From NCBI GenBank assembly GCA_038078835.1, contig JBBTQI010000005.1, positions 43,901 through 107,900 of the forward strand: 64,000 nucleotides of DNA, in the 5' to 3' direction. This document shows, piece after piece, positions 53,501 through 62,287 of the stretch. Below the pieces are notes generated by a model. The model did no database searches and was not told where the DNA came from. It saw nothing but the letters and a program-made list of their open reading frames with translations. Numbering within the stretch: the first letter of the stretch is position 1; every line of letters begins with the position of its first letter. Position numbers and translations under genes: made by a program. This stretch comes from Patescibacteria group bacterium. Its GTDB lineage: Bacteria; Patescibacteriota; UBA1384; XYA2-FULL-43-10; 1-14-0-10-43-13.

Positions 53501-55602
53501 CTTGAAGTCCACTGCGTCTGCGAGGGGGGATCAATACCATAATCCATCTCCAGAGAGGGCGATATTTCTATGGTAGGCAAGATATGTATTTTAACCGGAA
53601 TGGAATATTTTACCGCTCCGTCAAGCCGAAGCAGTATTGATGCACTATAGTATCCGGCCCGGACAATATCATTATCAACATTTAGAGTAAGTGTAAAACT
53701 GTCAGATGGCGCCAAATTTAAAGTTTCTTTGTTGGCACTCAAAACAACGCCGGCAATATCCGCACTGACAATAAGATCCACCGGATTTGCGGCCTGCCCC
53801 GTCTTGCTAATAGTAAAGGCCTGACTTGAAGCTGAGTATCTGTTTTGTGGGTTGCTGTCAACGCTCCAGTTTGAAGGAGAAGCGCTTAAATCTGATGTCT
53901 TCTGAAGCAACGAAGCAACATTAACCAGGCCGGCACCCTGAGCTTCATACTCCAAGCCCAGACTAATAGCAGAATCCTTTATTCTTTGCTTAATCTGTGC
54001 CGGTGTAAGTGTCGGCTCGGATTGTTTTAACAGCGCCGCCGCGCCGGCAAGGTGAGGTGTCGCCATACTGGTGCCGGAGAGTCTTACGTGAGTATCATTT
54101 AAGCAGGTATCCGCTTCTCCGGCAAAGGCTGTTCCCTGACGAGCGGCACAAATGCTTACTCCGGGCGCTGAAATATCAGGCTTTGGGATATCCTCCCCGT
54201 TATAATTTAGCGGCCCTCGAGAGCTAAATTCAGCGACCGCTTGAATACAGTAGCCATCTCCAATTTGTGACGGCTGGCAAGACGCCGCTACGGTTATGGC
54301 CGTTCTGGCCGTGCCGGGCGACTCTATTGTTGAATCTCTTGGGCCTGAATTTCCGGCAGCGACTACTACCACAACCCCCAAAGCAGAGATTTTATCAACC
54401 GCTTTGCTTGTCAGGTCGTCAGGGTTGCCGCGACCCCCCAAGCTTAAATTAACAACATCGAGACGATCCGAACTGTCGCCATTCTGATCAGGATCCCCCG
54501 ACCGTTCGATTGCCGCAATTACATCAGATATGAGGCCCGACCCATTAGTGTCTAGAACCTTATAGGCGACTACCGAGGCGTCCGGGGCAACGCCATCCAG
54601 CATCCCGCTGCCTGCCGCTATTGCCGCAACATGAGTTCCATGACCATGGTCATCTATCGGATCGTTATCACGTCCGACAAAATCATATCCGCCGATAACC
54701 TTACACCCTTCTCCCAGACAGCCACCTAAATCAGAATGAGAATAATCGACACCCGTGTCTATTATCCCTATTTTAATTCCCCTGCCCCTAATTGGATTGC
54801 TGTTATTATCAATAAAGTTATATACCTCGCCAGCATGGATTTCGGAAACCGAAGTATTAAGTGTCGCTCTCACCTGGCGGTCAAGCCAAACTCTTCTTAT
54901 ATCGGGACTCTGCCTAAGATCATCAACAGCATCTGCATTAATTTCAGCCGAAACAGCATTCGCAATCAACAGATCGTCCTTAATTAATCCGTTCGCTTTT
55001 CTTCTTAGAAAACCGTCCTCAAAAAGCCGTTTTGTTCTTCTTTTGTCTCGCTCCAATTCCTTCTCTATTTCTTTCTTTTCAGACAAGTCAGGCTCTTCGT
55101 AATAAGTTTTTCCTTTTTTTTCGTATTCGATAATCACCGGAACGGTTGTCTTGGGATCTTTTGCAAATCGATTCTCAATTGCCGGCTCGATTTTTTCTTC
55201 GCCCGTCCCGGCATCCTCTTCTAGATCTATAATAGTTGTGTCTGGCCCCTTGGGCACCAAATCGCCCCCGCCAAACAGCTGAGCATCAACATCGCCGGCC
55301 GCCTCGATGGTGTAGGTCGATCCCTCCGGCAGCAATATGTTTTCGCTTTTTTTCTCTCCGGTTTCATGAGGTTGTTTTTTTTGAACAATTGCCGCCTGCC
55401 CCGTCTCAAGATAAGATGAATTATTTGCGTTAGCCAGCGAGATTTTCTCCTTTCGAATCTGCTCCCGGGTTAAAACAAATGGCTCTGTTTTAAAATATCC
55501 TTGTGAATAAAAATAATACGCTGCTCCGACAACAAGAAGCGCAATAATTAGGATGCCAGCAACCAAGCGTTTTTTTTCTTTTACCTGCTTCAACAACCTC
55601 AT
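50542..55602 (-). CDS. Membrane-anchored S8 (subtilisin) serine protease with Ig-like/PKD domains
   Basis: Catalytic triad IIDTG, HGHGTHVA, SGTSMATPH; oxyanion AAGN; N-terminal TM; Ig-like segment VFDRAVSGFELSDIQVVNGT. Confidence 0.95.
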   Translation of the reverse strand: MRLLKQVKEKKRLVAGILIIALLVVGAAYYFYSQGYFKTEPFVLTREQIRKEKISLANANNSSYLETGQAAIVQKKQPHETGEKKSENILLPEGSTYTIEAAGDVDAQLFGGGDLVPKGPDTTIIDLEEDAGTGEEKIEPAIENRFAKDPKTTVPVIIEYEKKGKTYYEEPDLSEKKEIEKELERDKRRTKRLFEDGFLRRKANGLIKDDLLIANAVSAEINADAVDDLRQSPDIRRVWLDRQVRATLNTSVSEIHAGEVYNFIDNNSNPIRGRGIKIGIIDTGVDYSHSDLGGCLGEGCKVIGGYDFVGRDNDPIDDHGHGTHVAAIAAGSGMLDGVAPDASVVAYKVLDTNGSGLISDVIAAIERSGDPDQNGDSSDRLDVVNLSLGGRGNPDDLTSKAVDKISALGVVVVVAAGNSGPRDSTIESPGTARTAITVAASCQPSQIGDGYCIQAVAEFSSRGPLNYNGEDIPKPDISAPGVSICAARQGTAFAGEADTCLNDTHVRLSGTSMATPHLAGAAALLKQSEPTLTPAQIKQRIKDSAISLGLEYEAQGAGLVNVASLLQKTSDLSASPSNWSVDSNPQNRYSASSQAFTISKTGQAANPVDLIVSADIAGVVLSANKETLNLAPSDSFTLTLNVDNDIVRAGYYSASILLRLDGAVKYSIPVKIHILPTIEISPSLEMDYGIDPPSQTQWTSSRNFTLKNFRTDISKEVPFSLSQFPSAVAITGEAASAVTLLPSETREVPVAISVANGNLANGQYKGIMIAGDYKIHVKFTKYFKAVAKMINLPASSNQLVVRAESFFYDRSNQQNDWANDIVEKFVTEGDNDIFTDGSGPYDVITRVSVLHYDPNFVGSSTYFIFNESLKQNDGDGSIEFTVDFNSANHKVKKEFKDINGNRINDLGSYSMGAFYRPHGRGIRLYGTWSWNEPNDSFFNDFYFSDMSSDYSFGLVSVREPQPTQVAHLFSLSFNGINDDILIKNEPSDFITREIDVRNTDYYQSKYPTDILNSVLSVIYAPLGGGSAFTAFISRKSSRVWNTVRIYALPFEDMVGQHSILSKDRGMPVQHSYQFNPSSNKITSYYFADESRIRTLVGGRFQSGFTPKHWNGMFVDNFYRLNVWTYWPADSSYFIGQDYSVTDSDASKIRLVKEGTEVVNKNLSGFMIGDYPKIIEEFSQFSNIPGSVYEFYHDSLISHVDGKEFHAKVYAKFDSGKTDPNPPSIARLNFFTAGKYSEFYYPQKSNSLEFELDDGGLGEYKAVANVNSAYSTDGTNFNDMALVLADLGGYKAEIPVGLTTNDIITFRIGGFDESGNLLEYTFEVPVKTNPSVTLSVSREFNRDVPIPVTAVFDRAVSGFELSDIQVVNGTVSGLTTADNKEYSFFVYPINQGNVSVNILANTANDSEGNGNIASSQLTLFYDSVAPVVSAGADKSVSGAFTQEGSATDPAPGSGIASYSWSKVSGPGNVSFGQPNSPVTAVQTDGPGRYTLRLAAVDKANNSASDDFVLTSTLPPPPPAAVSLLANGQDNQITVERGSAVNISWNLTSVTTCTPLSGDSGWRAQLISSTNLTGIYSTTVNTNTRFVLRCNSAAGTVEDSVVVSTIMIVSLEAGDCYFGGNNAIEASLFCQDDIIVDDPGNVEFRGSFVANKFDIAGINNVRFVYDYMLSQFWPPGFRYLNIPLTKEK

Positions 55603-55614
55603 TCTGGTTTCAGT

Positions 55615-56481
55615 TTAATTTTCTAAAGCAACAATCCCAAGCTGATCGCTTTCTTTGGCACGTTTTATTTTGGTCATAACAGGAACGGTTAATCTGCCCT
55701 TAATAATAATTGTGCCGCGGCCATGGTAGGTGTAGATCTGATTAGGATTTAATACTAAATCGCCGTTCACTATCCACGTCTTACCCTCGGGGTAATTGGC
55801 GGCATCGCTGTTATCCATATCGGCAATGCCGGAGATTCCCCCGTTATCCTTGCCCTGCAGATGCCACTCCGTTTGCGATGCCAGAATTGCGGCATTAACC
55901 GGCGGCGCCTCGGCGGCCAGAACTTTCATCTTCTTCTCAAATGACCGATAAGCCTCGCCGGAGATGGCGGATTGGGATTGGTTATTGAGTGAATAGTTCT
56001 CCACCTGCCAGGTGGCGTCGACAATCTCGGAGAGAGTGCGGCCGGATTGGGCCAAATTCTTGCCCCAGTATTTGAAGTTATCCGCGCCGTAAGTGTCGCC
56101 GATGACGGTCGTTTCCCTGGGATAAAACAGTGTTGCCAGTTCGGTTTTCGGTTTATCGTTAATGTAGCTCTTGCCGGTCATTGCCTTGAGGCCGACATTG
56201 AGGCCGGCCGGCACGGTCACGCCAGTAAAACAAGCCGGGGTTTCCAGGTTGCAACCGGCAATACTTTCATTAAAGCCAAAGAGAATATCGGGGTAAAAGT
56301 TAATCACCGCCTCATTCCCCTGCCACCCGCCGTAATAGGTCTTTTGGTTTGGCGTGCCGGGTTCCTGCACCAATGTAGTCTGACCGACCATCACCTCGGG
56401 TAAGCGATAAGACGCTGCCCTGACGGACGAGAAAGGCAAAATCAGGATTGTAAATAATGACAAAATACCAAAATATTTCAT
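55615..56481 (-). CDS. Secreted protein ending in a PilX-like beta-helix segment
   Basis: Signal peptide; WIVNGDLVL..GRGTIIIKGRL..LGIVALEN; ATGA overlap with the upstream gene. Confidence 0.75.
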   Translation of the reverse strand: MKYFGILSLFTILILPFSSVRAASYRLPEVMVGQTTLVQEPGTPNQKTYYGGWQGNEAVINFYPDILFGFNESIAGCNLETPACFTGVTVPAGLNVGLKAMTGKSYINDKPKTELATLFYPRETTVIGDTYGADNFKYWGKNLAQSGRTLSEIVDATWQVENYSLNNQSQSAISGEAYRSFEKKMKVLAAEAPPVNAAILASQTEWHLQGKDNGGISGIADMDNSDAANYPEGKTWIVNGDLVLNPNQIYTYHGRGTIIIKGRLTVPVMTKIKRAKESDQLGIVALEN

Positions 56482-58964
56482 TGCACCTTGCACTCATAAA
56501 CAAATTCTTCCGATGCCTGTACCGGCGTTCTTTGCCAAACATACGTGTCGCCTTCACGCACCCCGGCCGGATTAGCATAGGCGGTCGGCAAACATTTTTC
56601 CCCCGAAGATGATTTGAGGAGTTCGTCGGTAATTTTAACCGACAAGCCGGGCGTCAGTTGTTCGACTCGAAGATGAACATATATCGTGTCTCCAACCTGC
56701 AGAGCGTAGGGATTAAAATCGCCTCCTTGTCCCGGCCGATCCCTTGCTTCAAGCCATTTTTTGATAGCAATACCCTGATCGGCCTCGGTTTTATTAACCA
56801 GAGCGATCACACCCTTCTCCGCACCGGTGGCAGAGATCCCGCTATCCTGCTGACAGATCGTGTGAACATCGATCTTTGATTTGATTGTATCGTAACTTTG
56901 AGCGCTTTTACTGTAAACAATCGTGACATAGCCGCCGCTGCCGCCGGAGATCTTGCTGCAGAAATTAGGATCGGACCAGCTGATTTCCTCGGTTTGCTCG
57001 CTTTTAGCCGATATCGGCAAGTTCGCCGGAGTATTGGCAGTAATGCTTATTTCCCCGACCTTAATAACAATTTTTCCGGCCGCACCGTAGGCATGGTATT
57101 TATTCCGGGGCGCCGATTCCGGGTAATAGCCGACAAAACCGGCTGTGCTGTCCGCGCCGATAAAATCAAAGGCCGAAAAACCAACGATCTCCAGCTTGTT
57201 AGCCGTCAACTTTAGCGCGCCGCCGCCCGAGCCGCCGGTCATAAAATAACGTATGGGATCAATAAGTTCAGAAGAACCGCCGCCGCCCGAGCCGATATAA
57301 GGCTGGTTAATTGAAATAATCATCTCGCCGGCATCACTATAATGGGTGGGCTCGCCCTTTGCCGCGGCATCAGTACACACCAGCGCCCGACAGGAGGAAC
57401 CGCTCCGGCTGTGCCAGCCGCCGCCGCCCGGACCATTAAGGGGATTAACAAAGGGATTAATACTGGCACCGACTGATAGTCCGCCGCCCAATCCGGCTCC
57501 GCGCTCATTTTCGGTAAGGGCACTGCTGTGGCCGTAACCCCAGCCCGGGTAGCCGACACCGTTCAAGTCGATCAGCGGCTGGGACGGTCCGCCGCCGCCA
57601 TCAAGTGTGACGGTGCCGGCAACATTTAACGTCAAACCGGAGTAGATCCGCCGCTCAGCCGTCCCGCCGGGCAAGTCAAAGGCATGATAGTTTAGAGGCC
57701 AATTGCCGTGACGGGAGGAAACATAGCGCGTCGGAGCGTTTATCTCCGTCCGCGAGTCACCCAGGGGGGTAGCATCCTGCAGTGCGCCGGCGGCATTGTT
57801 GGCCCCATAGGTTAGGCGAAATTTATTTGATTCGTTCGGGTAATAAATTCCGTATCGAGCACCAGCCAGATCAACACCAACATCCATCTCCGCCTTTTCA
57901 GCCGTTTTCCGATAATCATCGTTAAAGTTAAGTGACTGGAGGTTGAACCCCCGATTTAAATAATAGGCAAATTTTAATTTACCATTCACATTGGAACTGT
58001 CAGTGGAATATTGAGAACTTAACAAGTAATCGTGGGAACGAATGTACCAATTGTTGGTGCCCGCGACGTTCCGGAGGTTGGTTTGGAAAAGGCTGAGATT
58101 GGCGGAACCGGTGGTATTAACAAACCTGGCCCGGAACTGCAAAACCTTCTGGCTCCCGCTGCTGTTGCACATATCAACCGGAGTACCCACCTGACCAAAG
58201 GTAGTGTTAACATTGGACCCGTACGCTGCCGGATTGTTGCTTCTCCGATAAACAGTCCACCAGCGGTCCTGGTAAACCTGAATCTGAACGGCGTCGTCAA
58301 CCGCCGGATCACTTGATTGTTCGCTAATTCGATCTGCCTCATACGGCATATTAGACGGAAGAATATTAGTCGGCGCAAAGTGCAGCCAAGCGCACTGGCT
58401 GTTCGAAGGAAGAAACAGGTAACCCTCAAATTCCGCCCCCCAGTAACCCTTGGTGTACATCGGGCGGTTTAGCTTGCCCTCGGCATCAGCGTAGGGTTGG
58501 GTAATGCGGCCATTATCCTTAACGGTGATGTTTCCGAAGTTTTGCTCGCCCTCCATAATAACGGTAGCGCCGGTGATTGTTAAATTCTTATCAAGGCCAG
58601 CTATATTACAAGGGGAAACCCTGCTGGGCGGCGTAGTACTGTAATCATCACAAACGATTGGTTGCGCCAAGTATGAATAATGGCGGATATCTACTCCGGA
58701 AATTATATCAGGATTGGGAATGGCATAAATCACGCCGTTCTTGTCAACAACATAATTTCGGTAATCCAATCTTGAATCAGAACCAAAGATTTCAACATTG
58801 CCGCTGCCCCCATAGTTCATCCTCACCGCCGCTTCTGTTACCTGCGGCTTATCCAGAACAACCAGTTGAACCAAAATGGCCGTGACAAAAAGACCGGCGA
58901 TGATGGTTGCCAGTCTGATCCGGCGGCGTTTGGCAAAACGTTCCGAGAGCGAAATCTGCGCCAT
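56478..58964 (-). CDS. Large surface protein with PA14-like and glycine-rich domains
   Basis: N-terminal TM; WGAEFEGYLFLP and VDDAV; repeated GSGGG motifs. Confidence 0.75.
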   Translation of the reverse strand: MAQISLSERFAKRRRIRLATIIAGLFVTAILVQLVVLDKPQVTEAAVRMNYGGSGNVEIFGSDSRLDYRNYVVDKNGVIYAIPNPDIISGVDIRHYSYLAQPIVCDDYSTTPPSRVSPCNIAGLDKNLTITGATVIMEGEQNFGNITVKDNGRITQPYADAEGKLNRPMYTKGYWGAEFEGYLFLPSNSQCAWLHFAPTNILPSNMPYEADRISEQSSDPAVDDAVQIQVYQDRWWTVYRRSNNPAAYGSNVNTTFGQVGTPVDMCNSSGSQKVLQFRARFVNTTGSANLSLFQTNLRNVAGTNNWYIRSHDYLLSSQYSTDSSNVNGKLKFAYYLNRGFNLQSLNFNDDYRKTAEKAEMDVGVDLAGARYGIYYPNESNKFRLTYGANNAAGALQDATPLGDSRTEINAPTRYVSSRHGNWPLNYHAFDLPGGTAERRIYSGLTLNVAGTVTLDGGGGPSQPLIDLNGVGYPGWGYGHSSALTENERGAGLGGGLSVGASINPFVNPLNGPGGGGWHSRSGSSCRALVCTDAAAKGEPTHYSDAGEMIISINQPYIGSGGGGSSELIDPIRYFMTGGSGGGALKLTANKLEIVGFSAFDFIGADSTAGFVGYYPESAPRNKYHAYGAAGKIVIKVGEISITANTPANLPISAKSEQTEEISWSDPNFCSKISGGSGGYVTIVYSKSAQSYDTIKSKIDVHTICQQDSGISATGAEKGVIALVNKTEADQGIAIKKWLEARDRPGQGGDFNPYALQVGDTIYVHLRVEQLTPGLSVKITDELLKSSSGEKCLPTAYANPAGVREGDTYVWQRTPVQASEEFVYECKVQ

Positions 58965-59102
58965 AAACCCCTCACTTTAAAAACCACAAGCACTAAATCC
59001 AAATTACTTACCATTATAGAACAAGCAGCAACTGTTGACAATAAGCCAAAGTAAAAGTATAAATGGTTGCTTATCTGATTATTTAAACCGAAAGGAGAAA
59101 TC

Positions 59103-59651
59103 GTGGTAATACGCACATACCTACACCGGATCATCCGCACCGGATTTTTGCTCTCTGCCGGGTTGGTTGTAGCGGCGGCGGCGGGCCAGTTTGCCAGGGG
59201 CGAGGAGATGCCAACCAAGCGGCCGATTGAGCAACCGCTGATGAAGAAATTTACGAAGAAGGCAAAGAGGAACCGGATTATCGTTCAGACAAACAAGGAG
59301 GTCTATGCCCCCGGCGAATCAGTCGTTTTCACGATTATAAACAAAAGCAAACAAACGGTCTTTCTTCGCAACTCCGCCCCCTGGCAAGTCGTTAACTTCC
59401 GCGCCGCCGCCGTCTTTACTCCGATTGCTGTCCAAGCCATTGTCCCGCTCTATCCCGGACAAGAAAAAAGCTGGGTCTGGCAACAGAATGGCAACCAAGC
59501 AAAACCGATTCTCCCCGAAAACTACCAAATAGTTTTCCCCCGTCTTGGCGCCGCCTCTCCCCCCTTTTCCATCACATCCGCCCTCAGACCGCCCTTCGTG
59601 CCTCTGCCGCTTGATCCCCCCTTCAAAATGCCCCAGATATTTCCTGGCTAA
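59103..59651 (+). CDS. Secreted Ig-like protein, BsuPI proteinase-inhibitor-like
   Basis: Signal peptide; TNKEVYAPGESVVFTIIN, QAIVPLYPGQEKSWVWQQ; RBS AAAGGAG. Confidence 0.65.
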   Translation: MVIRTYLHRIIRTGFLLSAGLVVAAAAGQFARGEEMPTKRPIEQPLMKKFTKKAKRNRIIVQTNKEVYAPGESVVFTIINKSKQTVFLRNSAPWQVVNFRAAAVFTPIAVQAIVPLYPGQEKSWVWQQNGNQAKPILPENYQIVFPRLGAASPPFSITSALRPPFVPLPLDPPFKMPQIFPG

Positions 59652-59677
59652 GACAAGAAATTTTCATCTTATAGCGA

Positions 59678-59706
59678 CCCGGGTCGTTTTCCGGCCCGGG
59701 TTTTTT
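59678..59706 (+). terminator. Intrinsic terminator
   Basis: CCCGGGTCG-TTTTC-CGGCCCGGG-TTTTTT. Confidence 0.85.
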
Positions 59707-59804
59707 CCTTGGGACCAGAAATGAGATTAATTTGTGCACCTCGTTGATTTATTCGGCGCAAAATGTTACAATTACAGACGTTGCGGGGATATTTTTTGGT
59801 TTCT

Positions 59805-59880
59805 GCCGATGTAGCTCAGCTGGTAGAGCACACCCTTGGTAAGGGTGAGGTCACGGATTCGAGCTCCGTCATCGGCTCCA
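59805..59880 (+). tRNA. tRNA-Thr(GGT)
   Basis: Cloverleaf; CACCC-TTGGTAA-GGGTG; CCA. Confidence 0.97.
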
Positions 59881-59885
59881 TCCGT

Positions 59886-59971
59886 GCCGGGTTGGCGGAG
59901 TAGTCAATCGCACTTGACTGTAAATCAAGCGCCTTCGGGCTTCGGGAGTGCAAATCTCTCACCCGGCACCA
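59886..59971 (+). tRNA. tRNA-Tyr(GTA)
   Basis: CTTGA-CTGTAAA-TCAAG; long variable arm; CCA. Confidence 0.96.
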
Positions 59972-59972
59972 C

Positions 59973-60047
59973 GCCGTCTTAGCTCAACGGTAGAGCAACT
60001 GTTTTGTAAACAGTAGGTTATCGGTTCAAATCCGATAGACGGCTCCA
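59973..60047 (+). tRNA. tRNA-Thr(TGT)
   Basis: ACTGT-TTTGTAA-ACAGT; CCA. Confidence 0.97.
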
Positions 60048-60071
60048 CGAAATAAGTATTATGTATCAAGC

Positions 60072-60162
60072 AGTTATTCAGCAAGTTAGCGTGCTAGCAA
60101 GTTAGCTAATTAGCTAGCCTGCTAAGGTACTAGATTGCTAGGCGGAAAGGAAATATTATGGC
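60072..60162 (+). repeat. TAGC-rich 90-bp cassette, copy B (includes rpmG RBS and ATG)
   Basis: Near-identical to the reverse complement of 8679..8768. Confidence 0.9.
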
Positions 60163-60325
60163 CAAAGAAGCACGAAAATTAGTTACTCTTGAGTGTACTG
60201 AATGCAAATCAAGAAATTACCACACAGAGAAACGCCTTAAAGGACAGGGTGTGATTTCTCGTTTGGAGTTTGAAAAATACTGCCCGAAAGATCGCAAGAG
60301 AACTGTACATAAAGAGACAAAATAA
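60158..60325 (+). CDS. rpmG: 50S ribosomal protein L33 (55 aa, below the ORF-track cutoff)
   Basis: [46 protein letters not shown]. Confidence 0.96.
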   Translation: MAKEARKLVTLECTECKSRNYHTEKRLKGQGVISRLEFEKYCPKDRKRTVHKETK

Positions 60326-60409
60326 GTGTGAAAGTTAATAGAGGAAGGGAATCTATTATATAAATCTGCTTCCATTAAACTTGGCACTTTCACACTTTCA
60401 CACTCACTC

Positions 60410-60485
60410 AGGGGAGTAGCTCAATTGGTAGAGTAACGGTCTCCAAAACCGTCGGTTGTGGGTCCGAGTCCCGCCTCCCCTGCCA
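60410..60485 (+). tRNA. tRNA-Trp(CCA)
   Basis: ACGGT-CTCCAAA-ACCGT; CCA. Confidence 0.96.
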
Positions 60486-60519
60486 ATAAAATCCCATTCT
60501 AAAAAATGGGATTTTATTG
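60485..60519 (+). terminator. Intrinsic terminator, potentially bidirectional
   Basis: AATAAAATCCCATT..AATGGGATTTTATT. Confidence 0.8.
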
Positions 60520-60543
60520 ATTAATTAGCCGCATTTTAGTAGT

Positions 60544-60759
60544 ATGATGGTACTATGCAAGAAAAATTGGAAAAACTGGCGGGAGACTGGAAGTCGCGGC
60601 AATGGTTTAAAATTTGTCAGAGAAAACGTCAGTTTGAAAAATTATCATCTGGTGTTTATCTCCGGCCAGGCAGCAGCGTCATTGAATGATAAAATGGAGA
60701 TTGAAGGAACAGAAAGACCTGTCCATGGCACGCTAGCAATTATCGAGAAGACAATATGA
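60544..60759 (+). pseudogene. C-terminal fragment of an HATPase/anti-sigma-like protein
   Basis: SRGNGLKFVREN (G2 box) and GTLAII; ATGA-coupled to the STAS-like gene. Confidence 0.6.
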
Positions 60760-61037
60760 AAATTGAATTAAAAAAATTTGGCGAATTATTGATTTCCCGG
60801 CCGGCCGGCAGAGAGGCATTTTTAGCAATGTCTGCCTACCTAACTCGGGATCTTCGGGAAGACGAGACAATCGAGCTGGATTTCTCCGGCGTGAAGGTTT
60901 TGACTCCATCTTGGGCTGACGAAGTGATTACAAAACTGGCAGAAAAATTTCCGCATATTCAACTCGCAAATACCGACAATGCAACCGTCCAGGCAACTCT
61001 AAAAACCTTGAGGGAATATTCCGGTTTAAAACTCTGA
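60756..61037 (+). CDS. STAS-like domain protein (DUF4325-like)
   Basis: LISRPAGRE, IELDFSGVKVLTPSWADE. Confidence 0.85.
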   Translation: MKIELKKFGELLISRPAGREAFLAMSAYLTRDLREDETIELDFSGVKVLTPSWADEVITKLAEKFPHIQLANTDNATVQATLKTLREYSGLKL

Positions 61038-61320
61038 CTTGCTCAAAAATTAATTTTTCCCTTCGCTTATCACATCCTGCCAAAAATAACTCAGCAATTG
61101 CCGGGTTATTTTTGTGGTACTCAAATTTTAAACTCTTATCGTAAAATTGGCAGCTAATTGAGGAGTGTTCCCGGTTCCCCCGGTTCCGCAACTCTCGCAA
61201 CCCCCTGTTATAACCGAGGGGATCGCGATGTATGGCCGCGCTGATAACAACTCGCACTCTGGCAATATTTAGTGTTTTCTGCTAAATTAGCCTTGCCACT
61301 ACGGCGGAGGGAGAGAACCG

Positions 61321-61746
61321 ATGCTGATAATGCCGACGGGCGCAATGCACGCCCATATCACGTTAGGTCAGGATGAGACTGTGCGGATCAAGTTCACGGA
61401 CGACAACCGACCCAGTCTCTCGATTGCGGTCGGAAGGGATGGTAAGATCTCGCTCAATGGCGAGGGACTCACGCCTGACAACTTCTCGCTCACCGAAAGA
61501 ACTCCGCTCGACTGGAAGGAGACGAGAGATCCGGTCAGGGAGATAGCAGGACATAGTCTTGTCCTTTTGCTCGAGGGCAAGGATGAACAGGTCTCGGCCC
61601 GCGATCTGCAAACCGACCTCAGATACTTCGCCACCCGGGTGAGGCAGATCTGCACTGATGTGCCCAGTCGGATCCTGGACCACCAGCGCCGCCGGAAGAT
61701 TATCGAGATCCTCTGTCAGCTTGATAAAGCATTCCAGCAGTTCTGA
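61321..61746 (+). CDS. Hypothetical protein
   Basis: RBS GGAGGG; high GC3; terminator follows. Confidence 0.7.
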   Translation: MLIMPTGAMHAHITLGQDETVRIKFTDDNRPSLSIAVGRDGKISLNGEGLTPDNFSLTERTPLDWKETRDPVREIAGHSLVLLLEGKDEQVSARDLQTDLRYFATRVRQICTDVPSRILDHQRRRKIIEILCQLDKAFQQF

Positions 61747-61762
61747 TCGTCTCCACCCACCC

Positions 61763-61797
61763 GGCCTCAGCCGCCGCGCGCTGAGGCCATTTTTTTA
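61763..61797 (+). terminator. Intrinsic terminator
   Basis: GGCCTCAGC..GCTGAGGCC-ATTTTTTT. Confidence 0.8.
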
Positions 61798-61883
61798 TCA
61801 CAAAAATCCAGGCGCTTAGTCCTGGATTAGGTCGTCGCTTTTCGGTTCAACACTGCTCCCTGTTTATTATTCAATGCAAAAAA

Positions 61884-62258
61884 TCACCGCTTTCCCGCCA
61901 ACCACTCCGCCTCGTCTGAAATGTAAGATGGATAAAAATCAAGCTGTTCTGCTGAGATATTCATCTTGGCGGCGCCATACTCTGCCGCTTCTCTCCAAGC
62001 TGTTTGGTCGTTAGGATCCAAGCGAAAAACTCGATCTCGGAAAACCACGATCAGAGTTTTGCCCTCATCAAAGATGTGCCAATAGTACGGTTCATTACTA
62101 ACCATTGCCGGCTGAATCTTTTTTATCGCAGCTTCCGGTTCCGGTATCTTGATTATGTGCAGATGCCAATCATCATCAATCTTTGTGTTTAGAATATTAT
62201 AATTTTCCAGGACCGTTTTGTCTGCCAGCGACTCCTCAATAATAACAGCGTGATACAC
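61884..62258 (-). CDS. Hypothetical protein
   Basis: IIEESL..WHLH..YG...I..EQLDF; RBS AAGGAG. Confidence 0.8.
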   Translation of the reverse strand: MYHAVIIEESLADKTVLENYNILNTKIDDDWHLHIIKIPEPEAAIKKIQPAMVSNEPYYWHIFDEGKTLIVVFRDRVFRLDPNDQTAWREAAEYGAAKMNISAEQLDFYPSYISDEAEWLAGKR

Positions 62259-62287
62259 AACACTCCTTGCCTTGGTTGCCTATAAAT

